A stretch of 64,000 bases of DNA from IMG/VR virus record IMGVR_UViG_3300028888_000124, positions 2,407 to 66,406 of that record. One strand, given 5' to 3'. This DNA is from a virus. A program made the translations under genes and the position numbers. The notes beneath the pieces are model-generated. The model was not told where the DNA came from and made no database searches. It worked only from the letters and a program-made list of their open reading frames with translations. This document shows positions 30,001 to 40,218 of the stretch, one piece after another (the first letter of the stretch is position 1; each line of letters starts with the position of its first letter).

Positions 30001-30291
30001 GTCTATCCAGAGCATCTTGGCTGCTTTGCCATTCTGGAAGTGGACGACAAGTACAGTCCCAAGGTAAAGATGTACAATGTTGCCAAGGGTACGGTGGGCG
30101 TGATGAAGATGCGCAAGTCGCTGTATAAGTTGCATCCCCTTGCGGAAGGAAATGTGATCCGTCTGATTGATTGGAAACGGAAACCGGCTTACCAATACAT
30201 TGACGGGAAGCAAACGGTAAAAGCGGGGGTTTTTGATTTGTGGATCGAGGATTACGAAATTCTTTCCGGCAGTCCTGAAAAAGCGGCGTGA
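27067..30291 (+). CDS. dnaE: DNA polymerase III alpha-like replicative polymerase (PHP domain plus polymerase core); probable non-canonical ATC start
   Basis: Track ORF 27112..30291 (PDIDMN catalytic motif). In-frame upstream codons ISYVNYHRHSHYS match the DnaE N-terminus MSFVHLHVHSEYS. The only start 7 nt after SD AAGGAAG is ATC at 27067. Confidence 0.75.
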   Translation: MSYVNYHRHSHYSNIMLTDSVATNEDYCKRAVELGHTIVSSCEHGTPGAYREVYDLAKKYGLRWRYVAEAYFVKDRLTEDENGRRDRKNCHLILAAKTAKGIGDLNEVLSEANISGYYFRPRVDMELLLRLDPRDVFVTTACIGGIWVYGYNSDKETGEWSYDFTEPDALVRQLHAHFGDSFMLEVQSHNVEKQKAVNAHILDLYRKEGIKIIAGMDSHFIYPEDKALRDMRLEANGLHYEDEEGWALDYPSDEEAYLRFEEQGVLSPAQIQEAMENTNIFLDFEDVEFDKGKKLPTIYPDLTQEERNEKYRQLVLSKWDEYKKTVPQERWPEYEAGIKYEMDTITSTNTSDYFLLDYEWIRKAKEMGGQLTKTGRGSAPSYFTNTLLGFSSIDRFALPITMYPDRFISADRLKAGSLPDIDMNVSDQALFGEAMTEVMGEWHCAPMVAYGTLKRLAAWKMYCRAANVPFDVANELSDKLKAYELDYKHADEDEKDEINVEDYVPEKYREYLKASEKYLGMVDSISPHPCAYLICNQDIRREVGIFRINSKTSKKKVVYAAFIDGATADAYGYLKNDDLQVTVVKLNDEIYKRIGIPQPSVPELLKMTDGDQQTWDMYAQGWTLGLNQAEKEKSTEKVMRYKPKNISELSAFVAGIRPAFQSMLPKLLNRGSFSYDIPALDKLLQTKELPQSFILYQEQMMKVLQWGGFSAPESYAAIKAIAKKHPEKVLPLKERFMEGFAKRLIEEENTEASVAKETTDKVWTIIADACGYGFNSSHSTAVALDSLYTAWAKAHHPYETYVSLLSLYAEKKDKDRIAKAKVEMKKAFGISIAPCRFRQDNRSYFVDKDAHTISDALTSVKGISFAVAGKLYQMRNNQYDSAVDLFYDLEVNTSINSAVVKTLIQMGYFEEFGKAGKLLKLYQEFREGESKFSKTHVKTTQEKRLDTLRQIEKKLPDEDIPMQDQMAFEVEFYGTPLSVYPEHLGCFAILEVDDKYSPKVKMYNVAKGTVGVMKMRKSLYKLHPLAEGNVIRLIDWKRKPAYQYIDGKQTVKAGVFDLWIEDYEILSGSPEKAA

Positions 30292-30293
30292 CT

Positions 30294-30345
30294 TTGTTTC
30301 CATTATGTGTGAAGAGGAGCGATTCTTCTTCACACAATTTTTTAT
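30294..30345 (+). promoter_or_regulatory. TTTGTTTCCATTAT motif followed by the palindrome TGTGTGAAGA..TCTTCACACA
   Basis: Read directly from the sequence. Confidence 0.45.
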
Positions 30346-30359
30346 GAAAGGATAAACAT

Positions 30360-31451
30360 ATGAGAAAATAGGCGAGCATTAAAACCATTACCAGCATTGC
30401 CCCGATTGAAGGAAAAGATTTGATCGGGCTGGCTGCCGTGGATGGCTGGGGTGTGATCGTGCAGAAGAGTCAGTTCAAGCCAGGCGATAAATGCGTGTAC
30501 GTTGAAATTGATTCCGTCATGCCTGAGAAGCCGGAGTTTGAATTTCTGCGCAAGAGAGATTTTCGCATTCGCACCATGAAGATGGCTGGCGTGATCAGTC
30601 AGGGCATCTGCTTCACGTTGGACATTCTTCCGCCCAAGAAAAACGGAAAAGAATATGCTCTGGACGAAGATGTGACGGAGGTCATCGGTGTTACCCAGTA
30701 CGAGCCTACAATGGATAAGGAACAGAACACCGAGAAAAAAGAACAGACAAAGAAATACCCCAAATGGCTGATGCGGTTTGCCTGGTTCCGGCGATTGGTA
30801 CTGGGGCCTCAAAAGAAAAAGGGCGGCTTCCCATCTTTCATTTCAAAAACAGACGAAGTGCGTATTCAGAATATCCCTCATATTCTGCAGGATAAGCGGG
30901 AATGGATCGCCACTGAAAAGGTGGATGGACAGAGCGGTACGTTTGCGCTGGTTCGCCATAAGCGCCGCATTCCCTTTATGAAGGACAAGTTTGAATACAT
31001 CGTCTGCTCCCGGAACTTGCGTTTGGCAAAGCCGGACAGTTCTTCTTACTGGCGTGTGTCCGAACGGTACAAGATCGAAAACGTTCTTGAGAATATGATT
31101 GGAGATCGTGAGTGGATCGCTATTCAGGGCGAGTGCGTTGCCCCCAACGTGCAGGGCAACAAATACAAAGTTACCGAGCCCGACCTGTATGTGTTCAATT
31201 TGATCTATCCCACCGGAAGGCTGGGAAGCAAGGTCGCCAAGTCAATCATCGAAAACCACGGCATGAAGTTTGTTCCCATCGTGGCTGAGGATTATGTGCT
31301 GCCGGATACCGTACAGGAAGTATTGGATTATGCTCATGGCCAGAGTGTATTGGGTGACACGCTGCGAGAAGGCATTGTTTTTCGCAGTAAAGACGGCGTG
31401 CATTCATTCAAAGCTGTCGATCCATTATTCCTGATCAAATACAACGAATAA
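30360..31451 (+). CDS. ATP-dependent RNA ligase (KxDG nucleotidyltransferase; N-terminal domain of the MRKLASI-type); in-frame TAG at 30369
   Basis: ATG at 30360 after GAAAGGA, in frame with track ORF 30420. N-terminus MRK(TAG)ASIKTI..PIEGKD; EKVDGQSGT motif. Confidence 0.7.
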
Positions 31452-31466
31452 AGAAAGGATATCATT

Positions 31467-32552
31467 ATGTCCAGAAGCTACGAGGAAGATCGTATCAAAC
31501 TGCAAAAGCTGATCAAGAGGATCATCATTGCTGTTGTTTCTCTGATTGCTGCTTTGGTTCTGGTCACCCAGACCATTGGTATTGTGCCTGTCAACCATAC
31601 GGGCGTATGGAAACGAGCTGGGGTTGTGCAGGATGCGGCAGTCAAAGAAGGTTGGCATTTGAAGATTCCTTTTGTGGATTCTATCGAAACCATTTCCAAC
31701 TTGGTGCAGACCACTACTGTTTCCTTTGCTCAGACAAAAGAAACGGCAGAAACCAAGGATCAGCAACTGATTATGGATTACGCTTTTGAAATTCAGCATC
31801 AGTTAGTGCCCGAGCAAAGCTTTGTCGTCTATAAGAATTATGGCAAAAACTATGAGCAAATGCTCATCACCTCTAATGTTCTTCCTGTGATCAAGCAAGC
31901 CTTCGCCAATTATGAAAGCGAGGAAATCACCACGCACAAAGAAGATATTGCGCTGTATATTCAAGGCAAATTGCAGTCATTCACTAAGGAATTCGGTATC
32001 AAAATCCTTCGTGTCAATTTCCAAAGCTATGATTTCACGAAGGAGTACGACGCGATTCTGGAAGAACGCGCCACCCTGAAAGCAAGAGTCACCAATGAAG
32101 AACTGCGCCAGAATCAGGAGCGGGTAGCGGCACAGACCGCCTATGATGTGGCGGTAAAACGCGCCGAGCAAGAAGCCGAAACAGCGAGGATTGCGGCAGA
32201 CAACGCCAAAGAAGTAGCGCTCGTAAAGGCCGAACAGGATAAGCAGACTGCATTGATCCAGGCGAACGCAAAAGCGGAGGCGGCGAAGATCGAGGCTGAC
32301 AACAAAGCATATGTAACTGTTACTTTGGCGGACGCGGATCGTGACGCCCGGCTTGCGGCAGCGGAAGCAACCAAAGCAGAATTGGAAGCGCAGGCCGCAG
32401 GGCTGACCGACCTTGTGATTCAGCGTGAATGGATCAACCGCTGGAATGGTAAGCTGATTCCCAGTTTTGGAACAGGCAGCGGATTGAGTTTTACTAATAT
32501 GACCGATATCATGAAATACTTTTTTGAGGAGACGGTAAAGGATGCAGAATAA
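31467..32552 (+). CDS. SPFH / band-7 domain membrane protein
   Basis: N-terminal TM then GVWKRAGVVQDAAVKEGWHLKIPFVDSI and an Ala/Glu coiled coil. Confidence 0.65.
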   Translation: MSRSYEEDRIKLQKLIKRIIIAVVSLIAALVLVTQTIGIVPVNHTGVWKRAGVVQDAAVKEGWHLKIPFVDSIETISNLVQTTTVSFAQTKETAETKDQQLIMDYAFEIQHQLVPEQSFVVYKNYGKNYEQMLITSNVLPVIKQAFANYESEEITTHKEDIALYIQGKLQSFTKEFGIKILRVNFQSYDFTKEYDAILEERATLKARVTNEELRQNQERVAAQTAYDVAVKRAEQEAETARIAADNAKEVALVKAEQDKQTALIQANAKAEAAKIEADNKAYVTVTLADADRDARLAAAEATKAELEAQAAGLTDLVIQREWINRWNGKLIPSFGTGSGLSFTNMTDIMKYFFEETVKDAE

Positions 32553-32844
32553 ATTCGCCCATATCGGAATGGGCACAGTGGTTCAGGTCAGCCGCATTGT
32601 ATTTATTACTTCCCTTGGCACCACCACAGCTAACCGCTATGTGGAGAACGCGAAGGCAGCCGGGAAGCTACACAATGCCACATTGGGGCATAAATACAGA
32701 AGCCTGATTGTTATGGACGATGGCACTGTACTGATTTCCTGCATTAAACCCATGACGCTGATGAAAAGAATGAACGGTATCATGGGGCTTGAAAACGAAA
32801 CCGAAGAAGACGAGGGCGAGGAAAGCGAGGAACCTGAAGCATGA
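32542..32844 (+). CDS. DUF370 / RemA-like protein
   Basis: HIGMGTVVQVSRIVFITS..GKLHNATLGHKYRSLIVMDDGTVLIS pattern. Confidence 0.45.
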   Translation: MQNKFAHIGMGTVVQVSRIVFITSLGTTTANRYVENAKAAGKLHNATLGHKYRSLIVMDDGTVLISCIKPMTLMKRMNGIMGLENETEEDEGEESEEPEA

Positions 32845-33503
32845 GGATCATCAACCAATCCGCTGTCGCCCTGGACCCGCTCTGCATGGATGAAGGCATT
32901 CGCGCACTGAAGCTGTGTGAGCGGGCGGGGCGTACCTGCTATAATTCCATTGACAAAATTACTGATGACAGCTACGAACGTTTCCTGCGCAGTATCATCA
33001 AGCGCGGCCATACCTCCGTGCTGGAGCATGGCAAGGTTACGCTGGAAGTGGTAACGGGGCGTGACGTGCTGGCTGAGATCACGCGGCATCGTCTCTGCTC
33101 TTTCAGTGTACAGAGCCAGCGCTATGTGCAGGCGGATAAGGAAGGCGGTATCGCGTTCATCAAGCCGCACTTCTATGTTCCCAAAGATGGCAGTCTGTTG
33201 GACGCTAAAGCCTACGTTGCCTCCCGTGCCTGGGAAACGGATATGCAATACACCGAAGCGGCCTATGCCCGCAACATCAACGAATACGGTCTGCCTCCAG
33301 AGGATGCCAGGAAGGTACTGCCTAATTCAGCGGCCACCCAGTTTGTGATCACAACGAATTTCCGTGAGCTTCTGCACATCATTGAGCTTCGCACTTCCGT
33401 CCGTGCGTATCCTGAAATGCGCCAAATGATGGATTGCGTGATTGACGCCTTAGAGCGTGTTATCCCGCCTATCTGGACCTGGGGAAAGGATGAAACCGTA
33501 TGA
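32841..33503 (+). CDS. thyX: flavin-dependent thymidylate synthase
   Basis: ThyX signature RHRLCSFSVQSQRY (RHRx7S..R). Confidence 0.85.
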   Translation: MRIINQSAVALDPLCMDEGIRALKLCERAGRTCYNSIDKITDDSYERFLRSIIKRGHTSVLEHGKVTLEVVTGRDVLAEITRHRLCSFSVQSQRYVQADKEGGIAFIKPHFYVPKDGSLLDAKAYVASRAWETDMQYTEAAYARNINEYGLPPEDARKVLPNSAATQFVITTNFRELLHIIELRTSVRAYPEMRQMMDCVIDALERVIPPIWTWGKDETV

Positions 33504-33703
33504 TCAAGCTGTATTCCCTGAAAGGCTGCCCCATGTGCAGTCACGCCAAAGAAGTGCTGTCGAAAAAGAATATTCCGTTCGAGCAAATAATGGACGCGGA
33601 TATCATGTCCGCGAAAGGGATCACCCATGTGCCCGTCCTTGAAACAGAAAATGGGAACCTCCTCACTGGGAAAGCTCTTGTCCAATATTTGAATACATTA
33701 TAA
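33500..33703 (+). CDS. nrdH: glutaredoxin-like NrdH redoxin
   Basis: CPMC active site; 67 aa; lies upstream of nrdD. Confidence 0.65.
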   Translation: MIKLYSLKGCPMCSHAKEVLSKKNIPFEQIMDADIMSAKGITHVPVLETENGNLLTGKALVQYLNTL

Positions 33704-33718
33704 AGGAGCTTTAGCTTT

Positions 33719-35611
33719 ATGTCGATGTAGATTGACAAATATGAACCTTTCCGAAAAGACTTGAACTTTATCAAGCGATATGCCAAATCAGTCAATGCCG
33801 CGTCCGCCTCTGAGGTGGACGCTAATTCCAACGTATCCAATAAGAACATCGCAACCATGGCCCCGGAGATTCACAAGAAGGATAATATTTATTGCAATCG
33901 ACTGGCTATGCACGATAAAATCACAGAGCTGTACGGACGGGAGTTGGCTGACGAATATATTCGCCAGCTGGAAGCGCACGAGATTTACCGCCACGATGAA
34001 TCTGGTATGCCGGTGGGGACTCCTTACTGTGCCAGCATTACCCTGTATCCCTTCCTGTTTGACGGGATGAAAAAGATTGGCGGTACAACGTCGGCCCCCA
34101 AGCATCTGAAGTCGTTTATCGGCGGCTTTATCAATCTGGTGTTCGCCGTATCCGCTCAGTTATGCGGGGCCGTTGCCACCCCGGAGTTCCTGGCTTACAT
34201 GGATTACTTTGTAAGAAAAGAATATGGCGATGATTACTATCTGAAATCTGAAACGGTGGTGGATGTTCAGGGCAATACCATCAAGGATATCATCGAAGGG
34301 TACTTCAATCAGGTTGTGTATTCTTTGAATCAGCCAGCGGCAGCAAGAGGAAGCCAATCAGTATTTTGGAACCTGGCCTATTTTGACCATCCTTATTTTG
34401 AACAACTCTTTGAGGGATTTGTATTCCCGGATGGAACGGGTATGCAGTGGGAAAGCGTAAGCTGGCTGCAGAAGGTATTTATGAAGTGGTTCAATGCCGA
34501 ACGGCTGAAGAACGTTTTGACATTCCCTGTTGAAACCATGTCACTTCTCAACGACGGAGAAGATTTTGTGGACAAGGAATGGGCAGACTTCGCTGCAGAA
34601 ATGTACGCTGAGGGACACAGCTTCTTTACTTATACCTCGGACAGCGTAGACAGCTTGGCGTCCTGCTGCCGCCTCCGCAATGGCATTCAGGACAATCAGT
34701 TCTCTTATACTCTGGGTGCTGGCGGTGTAAGCACAGGAAGCAAATGTGTGATGACCATCAACATCAACCGTTTGGTCCAGAATACAACTAAGAAATATGG
34801 ATGGGATCTCTTCGGCGTCAATCTTTCTGAACTGTCTGACGAAGTAACTGAGCAAGTTGAAAAGATTCATAAGTATCTCACAGCCTTCAATGCCATTATC
34901 AAAGACATGGAAGCCGCCCATATGATTCCAATTTATGACGCTGGATTTATCTCGCCGGAAAAACAATATCTGACAGTGGGTATAAATGGATTGGTTGAAG
35001 GCGCTGAGTATCTTGCTATCAGCATCTCCAACAATGAAACATATCAGGCTTATGTGAACGCCATTATGCGTCCCATCTATGATCTGAATAAGCGTGATAA
35101 AACACAGGCAATTATGTTCAATTGTGAAATGGTCCCGGCAGAAAATCTTGGTGTTAAGTTTTGTGGTTGGGATAAGAAGGATGGCTACGCTGTTCCCCGC
35201 GACTGCTACAACAGCTACTTCTATGTCGTGGAGGATGAGGGAACCAATATCCTTGATAAGTTCCAGCTCCATGGCAAACGGTTTACCCAGTATCTCGACG
35301 GAGGTTCCGCTCTGCACATGAATTTGGAAGAGCACCTGACGAAGGATCAGTATGCCCGCCTGCTCCGTTATGCGGTCAAGACCGGATGCAATTATTTCAC
35401 CTTCAACATTCCCAACACCGTTTGCAATGATTGCGGGCACATCAGCAAACACAAGCTGGCGAAGTGTCCCAAGTGCGGCGGCGAGAATTTGGATTATGCC
35501 ACAAGGATCATCGGTTATCTCACCTTGATCTCCAAGTGGTCGGAAGAGCGAAAGAAAGAATCCGCACGGAGATACTATGATAACCGAGGTCTGAACAAAC
35601 ATGAAGTATAA
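33719..35611 (+). CDS. nrdD: anaerobic ribonucleoside-triphosphate reductase; in-frame TAG at 33728
   Basis: C-terminal zinc ribbon CNDCGH..CPKCGG and glycyl-radical motif RIIGY. ATG at 33719, in frame with track ORF 33761. Confidence 0.85.
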
Positions 35612-35801
35612 AACAATCAAAAATCCCGATAAAGAATTTCTGAAGCAATTCAAAAAAGAACTGAAGGATAACTCCGGCTACTGCCCTTGCCGCCCCATCA
35701 AAACGCCGGACACAAAATGTCCATGCAAACCTTTCCGGGATACAGGAGAATGCATTTGCGGCCTGTATATCCAGGTTCCCACTTATGATGATGAGGAATA
35801 A
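35601..35801 (+). CDS. small CPC/CxC Cys-rich protein (ferredoxin-thioredoxin-reductase-like motif)
   Basis: CPCRP..CPCKP..CIC pattern. Confidence 0.35.
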   Translation: MKYKTIKNPDKEFLKQFKKELKDNSGYCPCRPIKTPDTKCPCKPFRDTGECICGLYIQVPTYDDEE

Positions 35802-35804
35802 GCG

Positions 35805-36047
35805 ATGTATTACTGCGATTCCTGCGGTGCTGAATTTGAAACGCCGCATTTGTAGAAAGAAAACTATGGCATGGCGGGACCTTATTATGATGAGGTTCCC
35901 GTCTGCCCTCGCTGCAGAGAGCCGATGATCATTCAAATGGTTCAATGTTCCTGCTGTAACGAATGGACACCGCTGCGTTATATCAGAACAGATGACGGGC
36001 GCGTCTACTGCGAAAATTGTTTTCACTGGGAGGATCCTTCATGGTAA
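35805..36047 (+). CDS. zinc-ribbon protein; in-frame TAG at 35853
   Basis: RBS GAGGAATAAGCG then ATG; CxxC..CxxC..CxxC..CxxC. Confidence 0.4.
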
Positions 36048-36532
36048 AGTATTGCGGCCATTATATCACCGTGCAAGAAGTGCCAAACGAGATTAGTCTT
36101 GTCCTAAGCATTACCAACTGTCCCCATCGTTGCGAAGGCTGCCATTCCCCTTGGCTGCAAAAAGACTTTGGCGACGAGCTGACACCGGATGTATTGAGCG
36201 ATCTCATAAAGAAATATCAGGATGGGATTACCTGTGTGTGTTTCATGGGAGAGGGTGAGGATCAGGAGGCATTGGATCTCCTGATTGGTTTTGCCCATGA
36301 ATTCGGTTTAAAAACATGTCTATATTCCGGCCAGGACATTGGGCATGATTTGGGAAACTTCCGTGCCCGTCCCCTGGTTGACTACATCAAAACCGGAAGC
36401 TACAAAAAAGAACTGGGCGGTTTGGATCACCCCACCACCAACCAAAGGATGTGGAAGCTGAGTGGGTTTACCGATGATGGCGTTGCGGTGTACGAAGATA
36501 TTACTTCATGGTTCTGGAGGAAGAAAGAATGA
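36041..36532 (+). CDS. nrdG: anaerobic RNR activating enzyme (radical SAM)
   Basis: CPHRCEGC cluster motif. ATG after GGGAGGATCCTTC, in the frame of track ORF 36017..36532. Confidence 0.75.
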   Translation: MVKYCGHYITVQEVPNEISLVLSITNCPHRCEGCHSPWLQKDFGDELTPDVLSDLIKKYQDGITCVCFMGEGEDQEALDLLIGFAHEFGLKTCLYSGQDIGHDLGNFRARPLVDYIKTGSYKKELGGLDHPTTNQRMWKLSGFTDDGVAVYEDITSWFWRKKE

Positions 36533-36714
36533 AACAGCATGAGTATATGGTGCGGTGTGATAAGGATGTTTTTGAGGACACTCGTTCGCACTATTTGTTA
36601 GAAGTATCGACCAATAACTTTGAGTGCTATCGTGAAATAAAGAATGCCGTTTTTCAAATTATCACAAGATACGAAGCTCAAGAGAATCGAGAGAACAAAG
36701 AGGAGAAAGAGTAA
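36529..36714 (+). CDS. small hypothetical protein
   Basis: ATG after GGAGGAAGAAAGA. Confidence 0.35.
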   Translation: MKQHEYMVRCDKDVFEDTRSHYLLEVSTNNFECYREIKNAVFQIITRYEAQENRENKEEKE

Positions 36715-36716
36715 AC

Positions 36717-37217
36717 ATGGAAAAAATTGCTACATTTGAAAAGGTATCCTTTGAACAATATCTGGAAGACCGGCGGAAATGCGACGGGGAAGATATTGAA
36801 GCCAGCGCTATCCATAAAGAATGGGAAGATATTCGTTTGCCCGAACGGGCGACGGTCGGTTCTGCCGGTTACGATTTCTTTTTGCCGATGGCCTGCTGCT
36901 TTGATAAGAAGCCTTTGCTTTTCCCAACAGGTGTTCGGTGCAAGATGGAGCCCGGATGGGTGCTGATGCTGTTTCCCAAGTCCGGGCTTGGATTCAAGAA
37001 CCGCATGGCTCTGGCAAATACGGTCGGGATTGTTGATGCCGATTATTATTCCAGTACAAATGAAGGCCACATCATGGCAAAGTTCAACTCCAAAAAGCCT
37101 TTCCACCTGGAAGCCGGAGATAAATATATGCAGGGCATTTTTGTTCCGTTCGGTGTAACAACGGATGACGTAGCCGTGGGTGTCCGTGATGGAGGCTTTG
37201 GCTCAACTGGAGCATAA
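36717..37217 (+). CDS. dut: dUTP diphosphatase
   Basis: GSAGYDF motif and C-terminal RDGGFGSTG. Confidence 0.8.
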   Translation: MEKIATFEKVSFEQYLEDRRKCDGEDIEASAIHKEWEDIRLPERATVGSAGYDFFLPMACCFDKKPLLFPTGVRCKMEPGWVLMLFPKSGLGFKNRMALANTVGIVDADYYSSTNEGHIMAKFNSKKPFHLEAGDKYMQGIFVPFGVTTDDVAVGVRDGGFGSTGA

Positions 37218-37220
37218 TGT

Positions 37221-37481
37221 ATGAAAAAGAAAAGAGATCCATGGGATGATCCTGAGTTTGAGGAATTTTATCAGAGCGTAGAAGAAAACAACGCATGGTA
37301 TATTCCACTTTTTATGATCGTATTTATTCTCCTTCTGTCGCTTGGCATTACGGAATTGATTGTCTGGTTTCTTTGCACAATCACAAGTGTTCCTTTCTCA
37401 TTACTCTTAGGGTTTGCCGGTTGGCTGTTGTTTCTGGTTGTCCGATACAACATCGTTATTCGCATGAAAAACGAAGAATAA
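37221..37481 (+). CDS. small membrane protein
   Basis: ORF track; two hydrophobic segments. Confidence 0.4.
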   Translation: MKKKRDPWDDPEFEEFYQSVEENNAWYIPLFMIVFILLLSLGITELIVWFLCTITSVPFSLLLGFAGWLLFLVVRYNIVIRMKNEE

Positions 37482-37509
37482 TTTTGGCCAACTGTAAAAA
37501 ACGCTGATA

Positions 37510-37545
37510 TTTGTTTCCATTACAGTCGGAGGGAAACCTCCGGCT
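37510..37545 (+). promoter_or_regulatory. TTTGTTTCCATTAC motif followed by the hairpin cggagg-gaaa-cctccg
   Basis: Read directly from the sequence. Confidence 0.45.
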
Positions 37546-37572
37546 TATTTGATTTGAATAGAGGTGTTGTAA

Positions 37573-37779
37573 ATGATTAGTCATCGATGTTATTGTGACC
37601 GATGCGGCAGTCTTGCTCCGCTCTCAATTTTTCATGTTGATGGTAATACAACGGCACAGTATACTCTCCTCCTTGAAGATACTGGTGACGAAAACTGGGC
37701 CTTAAATCGGATAAAATGTCATCTTTGCGAAAACTGTTATGCACAGATTCGTCGATTTATTAAAGGAGACAGCGAATAA
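37573..37779 (+). CDS. small zinc-finger protein
   Basis: ORF track; CxxC pairs. Confidence 0.4.
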   Translation: MISHRCYCDRCGSLAPLSIFHVDGNTTAQYTLLLEDTGDENWALNRIKCHLCENCYAQIRRFIKGDSE

Positions 37780-37789
37780 TATGCCTCAT

Positions 37790-38515
37790 GTTTTTGTTAC
37801 CGGGGATAAACATGGTGATTACAAGGATGTAGAACGCTGGTGCCTCAAATGGAATACTTCAAAGGATGATCTATTGGTCGTTCTTGGCGATAACGGTGTG
37901 AACTACTGGGGCCCACATCGGGATAAGAAGCTCAAGAACTATCTCTCCGCTCTGCCAATCACCTTCTTTATGATCAAAGGCAATCATGACCAGCGTCCGT
38001 CCACAAAACTGTATCACATTTCCGACGAAGTTCACCCGCTTGTAAAAGGGCCCTGCTATGTGGAACCGGATTATCCGTCGCTCCTGTTCTCCGCTATGTA
38101 TGGCGGCTATGAATTCCTGTGCAGCGATCTATGGAAGAAAGCTTTTGTTCTTGGCGGCGCATACAGCGCGGATAAGTGGTATCGCCTGGAAATGCAAGCG
38201 CTGGGTCACAGCGGGTATCGCTGGTTTGCGGACGAACAGATGAACAATTGGGAAATGAAGGAAGCCTCCTCCATGATCCATGCTTTCGAGCCGGACTTTG
38301 TTTTGTCCCACACCTGCCCGTTCCGCTACATACCGAGAGATATGTTTTTGCCTATGGTAGATCAGTCCACCGTAGACGATACCATGGAGCATTGGATGGA
38401 CATCGTTGAAGATGAGGTGCCTTATCAGAAATGGTACTGCGGCCACTGGCACACAGACAGAACGGTGGATCAAATGCGGTATATGTATCATGATATTATT
38501 TTGTTAGGAGAATAA
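37790..38515 (+). CDS. calcineurin-like metallophosphoesterase
   Basis: GDKHGD, GDNGVNYWG and GNHD motifs. Confidence 0.65.
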   Translation, partial: VFVTGDKHGDYKDVERWCLKWNTSKDDLLVVLGDNGVNYWGPHRDKKLKNYLSALPITFFMIKGNHDQRPSTKLYHISDEVHPLVKGPCYVEPDYPSLLFSAMYGGYEFLCSDLWKKAFVLGGAYSADKWYRLEMQALGHSGYRWFADEQMNNWEMKEASSMIHAFEPDFVLSHTCPFRYIPRDMFLPMVDQSTVDDTMEHWMDIVEDEVPYQKWYCGHWHTDRTVDQMRYMYHDIILLGE

Positions 38516-38519
38516 ATCT

Positions 38520-38762
38520 ATGCTGCGTAATCTCATTGACAAGATGCACGAAAAAAAATTCCGTGAATGGAAGTTTGAGTATTTTCTTGTTTTTGTTGTA
38601 ATTAACGTGATGGCTTGGGGTGGATGTATTGCTACCATGGCTACGCTTATACTTTTCTTTGCTCAAAAGTGTACCTTTCAGTATGTCGTTTATGCTGTTG
38701 GTTCCGCCATTCTTGGCATATCAGCTTTTGCTTATATTACCTCAGGGAAAGATGAATGGTGA
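38520..38762 (+). CDS. small membrane protein
   Basis: ORF track. Confidence 0.4.
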   Translation: MLRNLIDKMHEKKFREWKFEYFLVFVVINVMAWGGCIATMATLILFFAQKCTFQYVVYAVGSAILGISAFAYITSGKDEW

Positions 38763-38958
38763 TTCAGCTATGTTGTCCACGGAAGAACAAAAGAGAATCT
38801 GTGCTCAATACAGTAAGAAAGTAAACGGAAAGGTTCGATGTCCAGACTGCCCGCTCGTTATATCAATCAACGATTTGATGTGCCACGCCAATTCGCATTA
38901 TGACCCAGCCTTATGTGACTTTGTTGCGGATGAATATGCGGAACCAGAGGATGGATAA
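38752..38958 (+). CDS. small Cys-rich protein
   Basis: Internal ATG of track ORF 38620..38958. Confidence 0.3.
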   Translation: MNGDSAMLSTEEQKRICAQYSKKVNGKVRCPDCPLVISINDLMCHANSHYDPALCDFVADEYAEPEDG

Positions 38959-38960
38959 CA

Positions 38961-39275
38961 ATGGCTACGCTATATTGTAATGATGAAAAAAGACGGCAAT
39001 GGAACTTTGGCCCAAGCTTTCACTGTGACGGAGACTCTGCAAAGTGCAGATACCTTGTGAAGTTTGGCAAGCAAGAGTATTGCGGCTACTGTCCTCCCCG
39101 CTGCACGCTGCATCAAGTGATACGCAGTCAGGCTGGATGTCTGTTTTGTTTGTTCGCCACAAAAGATTTAAGCTGCGCAAAGTGCTTGCCATGTCTTAGT
39201 GCGGAAACAAGAATCAACTTCGCAGATCAAAGAGAACTGGAGAAACGAATAGAGATAAAACACAGGAAGGGATAA
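38961..39275 (+). CDS. Cys-rich hypothetical protein
   Basis: ORF track. Confidence 0.4.
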   Translation: MATLYCNDEKRRQWNFGPSFHCDGDSAKCRYLVKFGKQEYCGYCPPRCTLHQVIRSQAGCLFCLFATKDLSCAKCLPCLSAETRINFADQRELEKRIEIKHRKG

Positions 39276-39281
39276 CTTATT

Positions 39282-39899
39282 ATGTTGGTTAGTATGAGCG
39301 AATTACGGGAAAAGGTGATACGCGGCTTGGAATGCGTTATATGCCCGAATAAGTTCTGCGGAGATTGTTCGTACTTTATCCGCAACGAAAACGATCCCGA
39401 TACTGGATGGTGCAATCGTGACGCTATTTATAAAGACGCCATCACCCTGCTGAAAGTGCAGGAGCTGCCAGACGTAAAGCCAGAAAAGCTGGAAGAAAGA
39501 ACGACCAAGTGGCTCGACCAAATGACAGCCGAAGAACGTCTCGAGGAAATCGCAGCTATACTTGATGACTGGGACGGGTACAGGACGGCGAAGGGGCTTG
39601 GCGGGCTTATCAATGAAGTATGGGCGTATGCGCTATATCCTGTGAAAGCGCAGGAACCCAGGGTGATGACGTGGGAAGAATTATCCGCATTACCATTTGA
39701 TACTCCTGTTTTCATTGAAGAAAACAATGGCGAATGCGGATGGAATGTTTTTTGCGGTATTGAGGAAGAAAATGATGTTTGCTTCTGTGGATTTAAAGCG
39801 TCGGCAGACTATTACGATTTAGAAGAATACGGCGAATCATGGCGCTGCTGGACTTCCCGGCCCACGGACGAACAGAGGGAGAACACACCATGGATATAA
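39282..39899 (+). CDS. hypothetical protein (205 aa)
   Basis: ORF track. Confidence 0.45.
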   Translation: MLVSMSELREKVIRGLECVICPNKFCGDCSYFIRNENDPDTGWCNRDAIYKDAITLLKVQELPDVKPEKLEERTTKWLDQMTAEERLEEIAAILDDWDGYRTAKGLGGLINEVWAYALYPVKAQEPRVMTWEELSALPFDTPVFIEENNGECGWNVFCGIEEENDVCFCGFKASADYYDLEEYGESWRCWTSRPTDEQRENTPWI

Positions 39900-39996
39900 T
39901 TAAAATATTATTGGTTCTAATGTTGATTTATTGGTTTGGTTTTATCGTTTATACAATAATTAAGTATGGATGAACAGAGGGAGAAGGTGAAGTGGA

Positions 39997-40218
39997 ATGG
40001 CTGAATACCACGTCGGATGCGGTGCATTTGGCATTTACGCTGGAACACTGAACAGCAAAAATAAGTCACTTTGGCAAAACAAATCAGATGTAACAAACGA
40101 GGCTATTTCGGCTGTCGCACAATACCTACTTCAAGAGGATAAAAGTTTGCTGTTTAACTATCATGGTTGCCGTTACAGGTTAAGCGTAACGCCTGAACCG
40201 CCGAAGGAGGAAACATGA
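39997..40218 (+). CDS. hypothetical protein
   Basis: ORF track. Confidence 0.35.
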   Translation: MAEYHVGCGAFGIYAGTLNSKNKSLWQNKSDVTNEAISAVAQYLLQEDKSLLFNYHGCRYRLSVTPEPPKEET

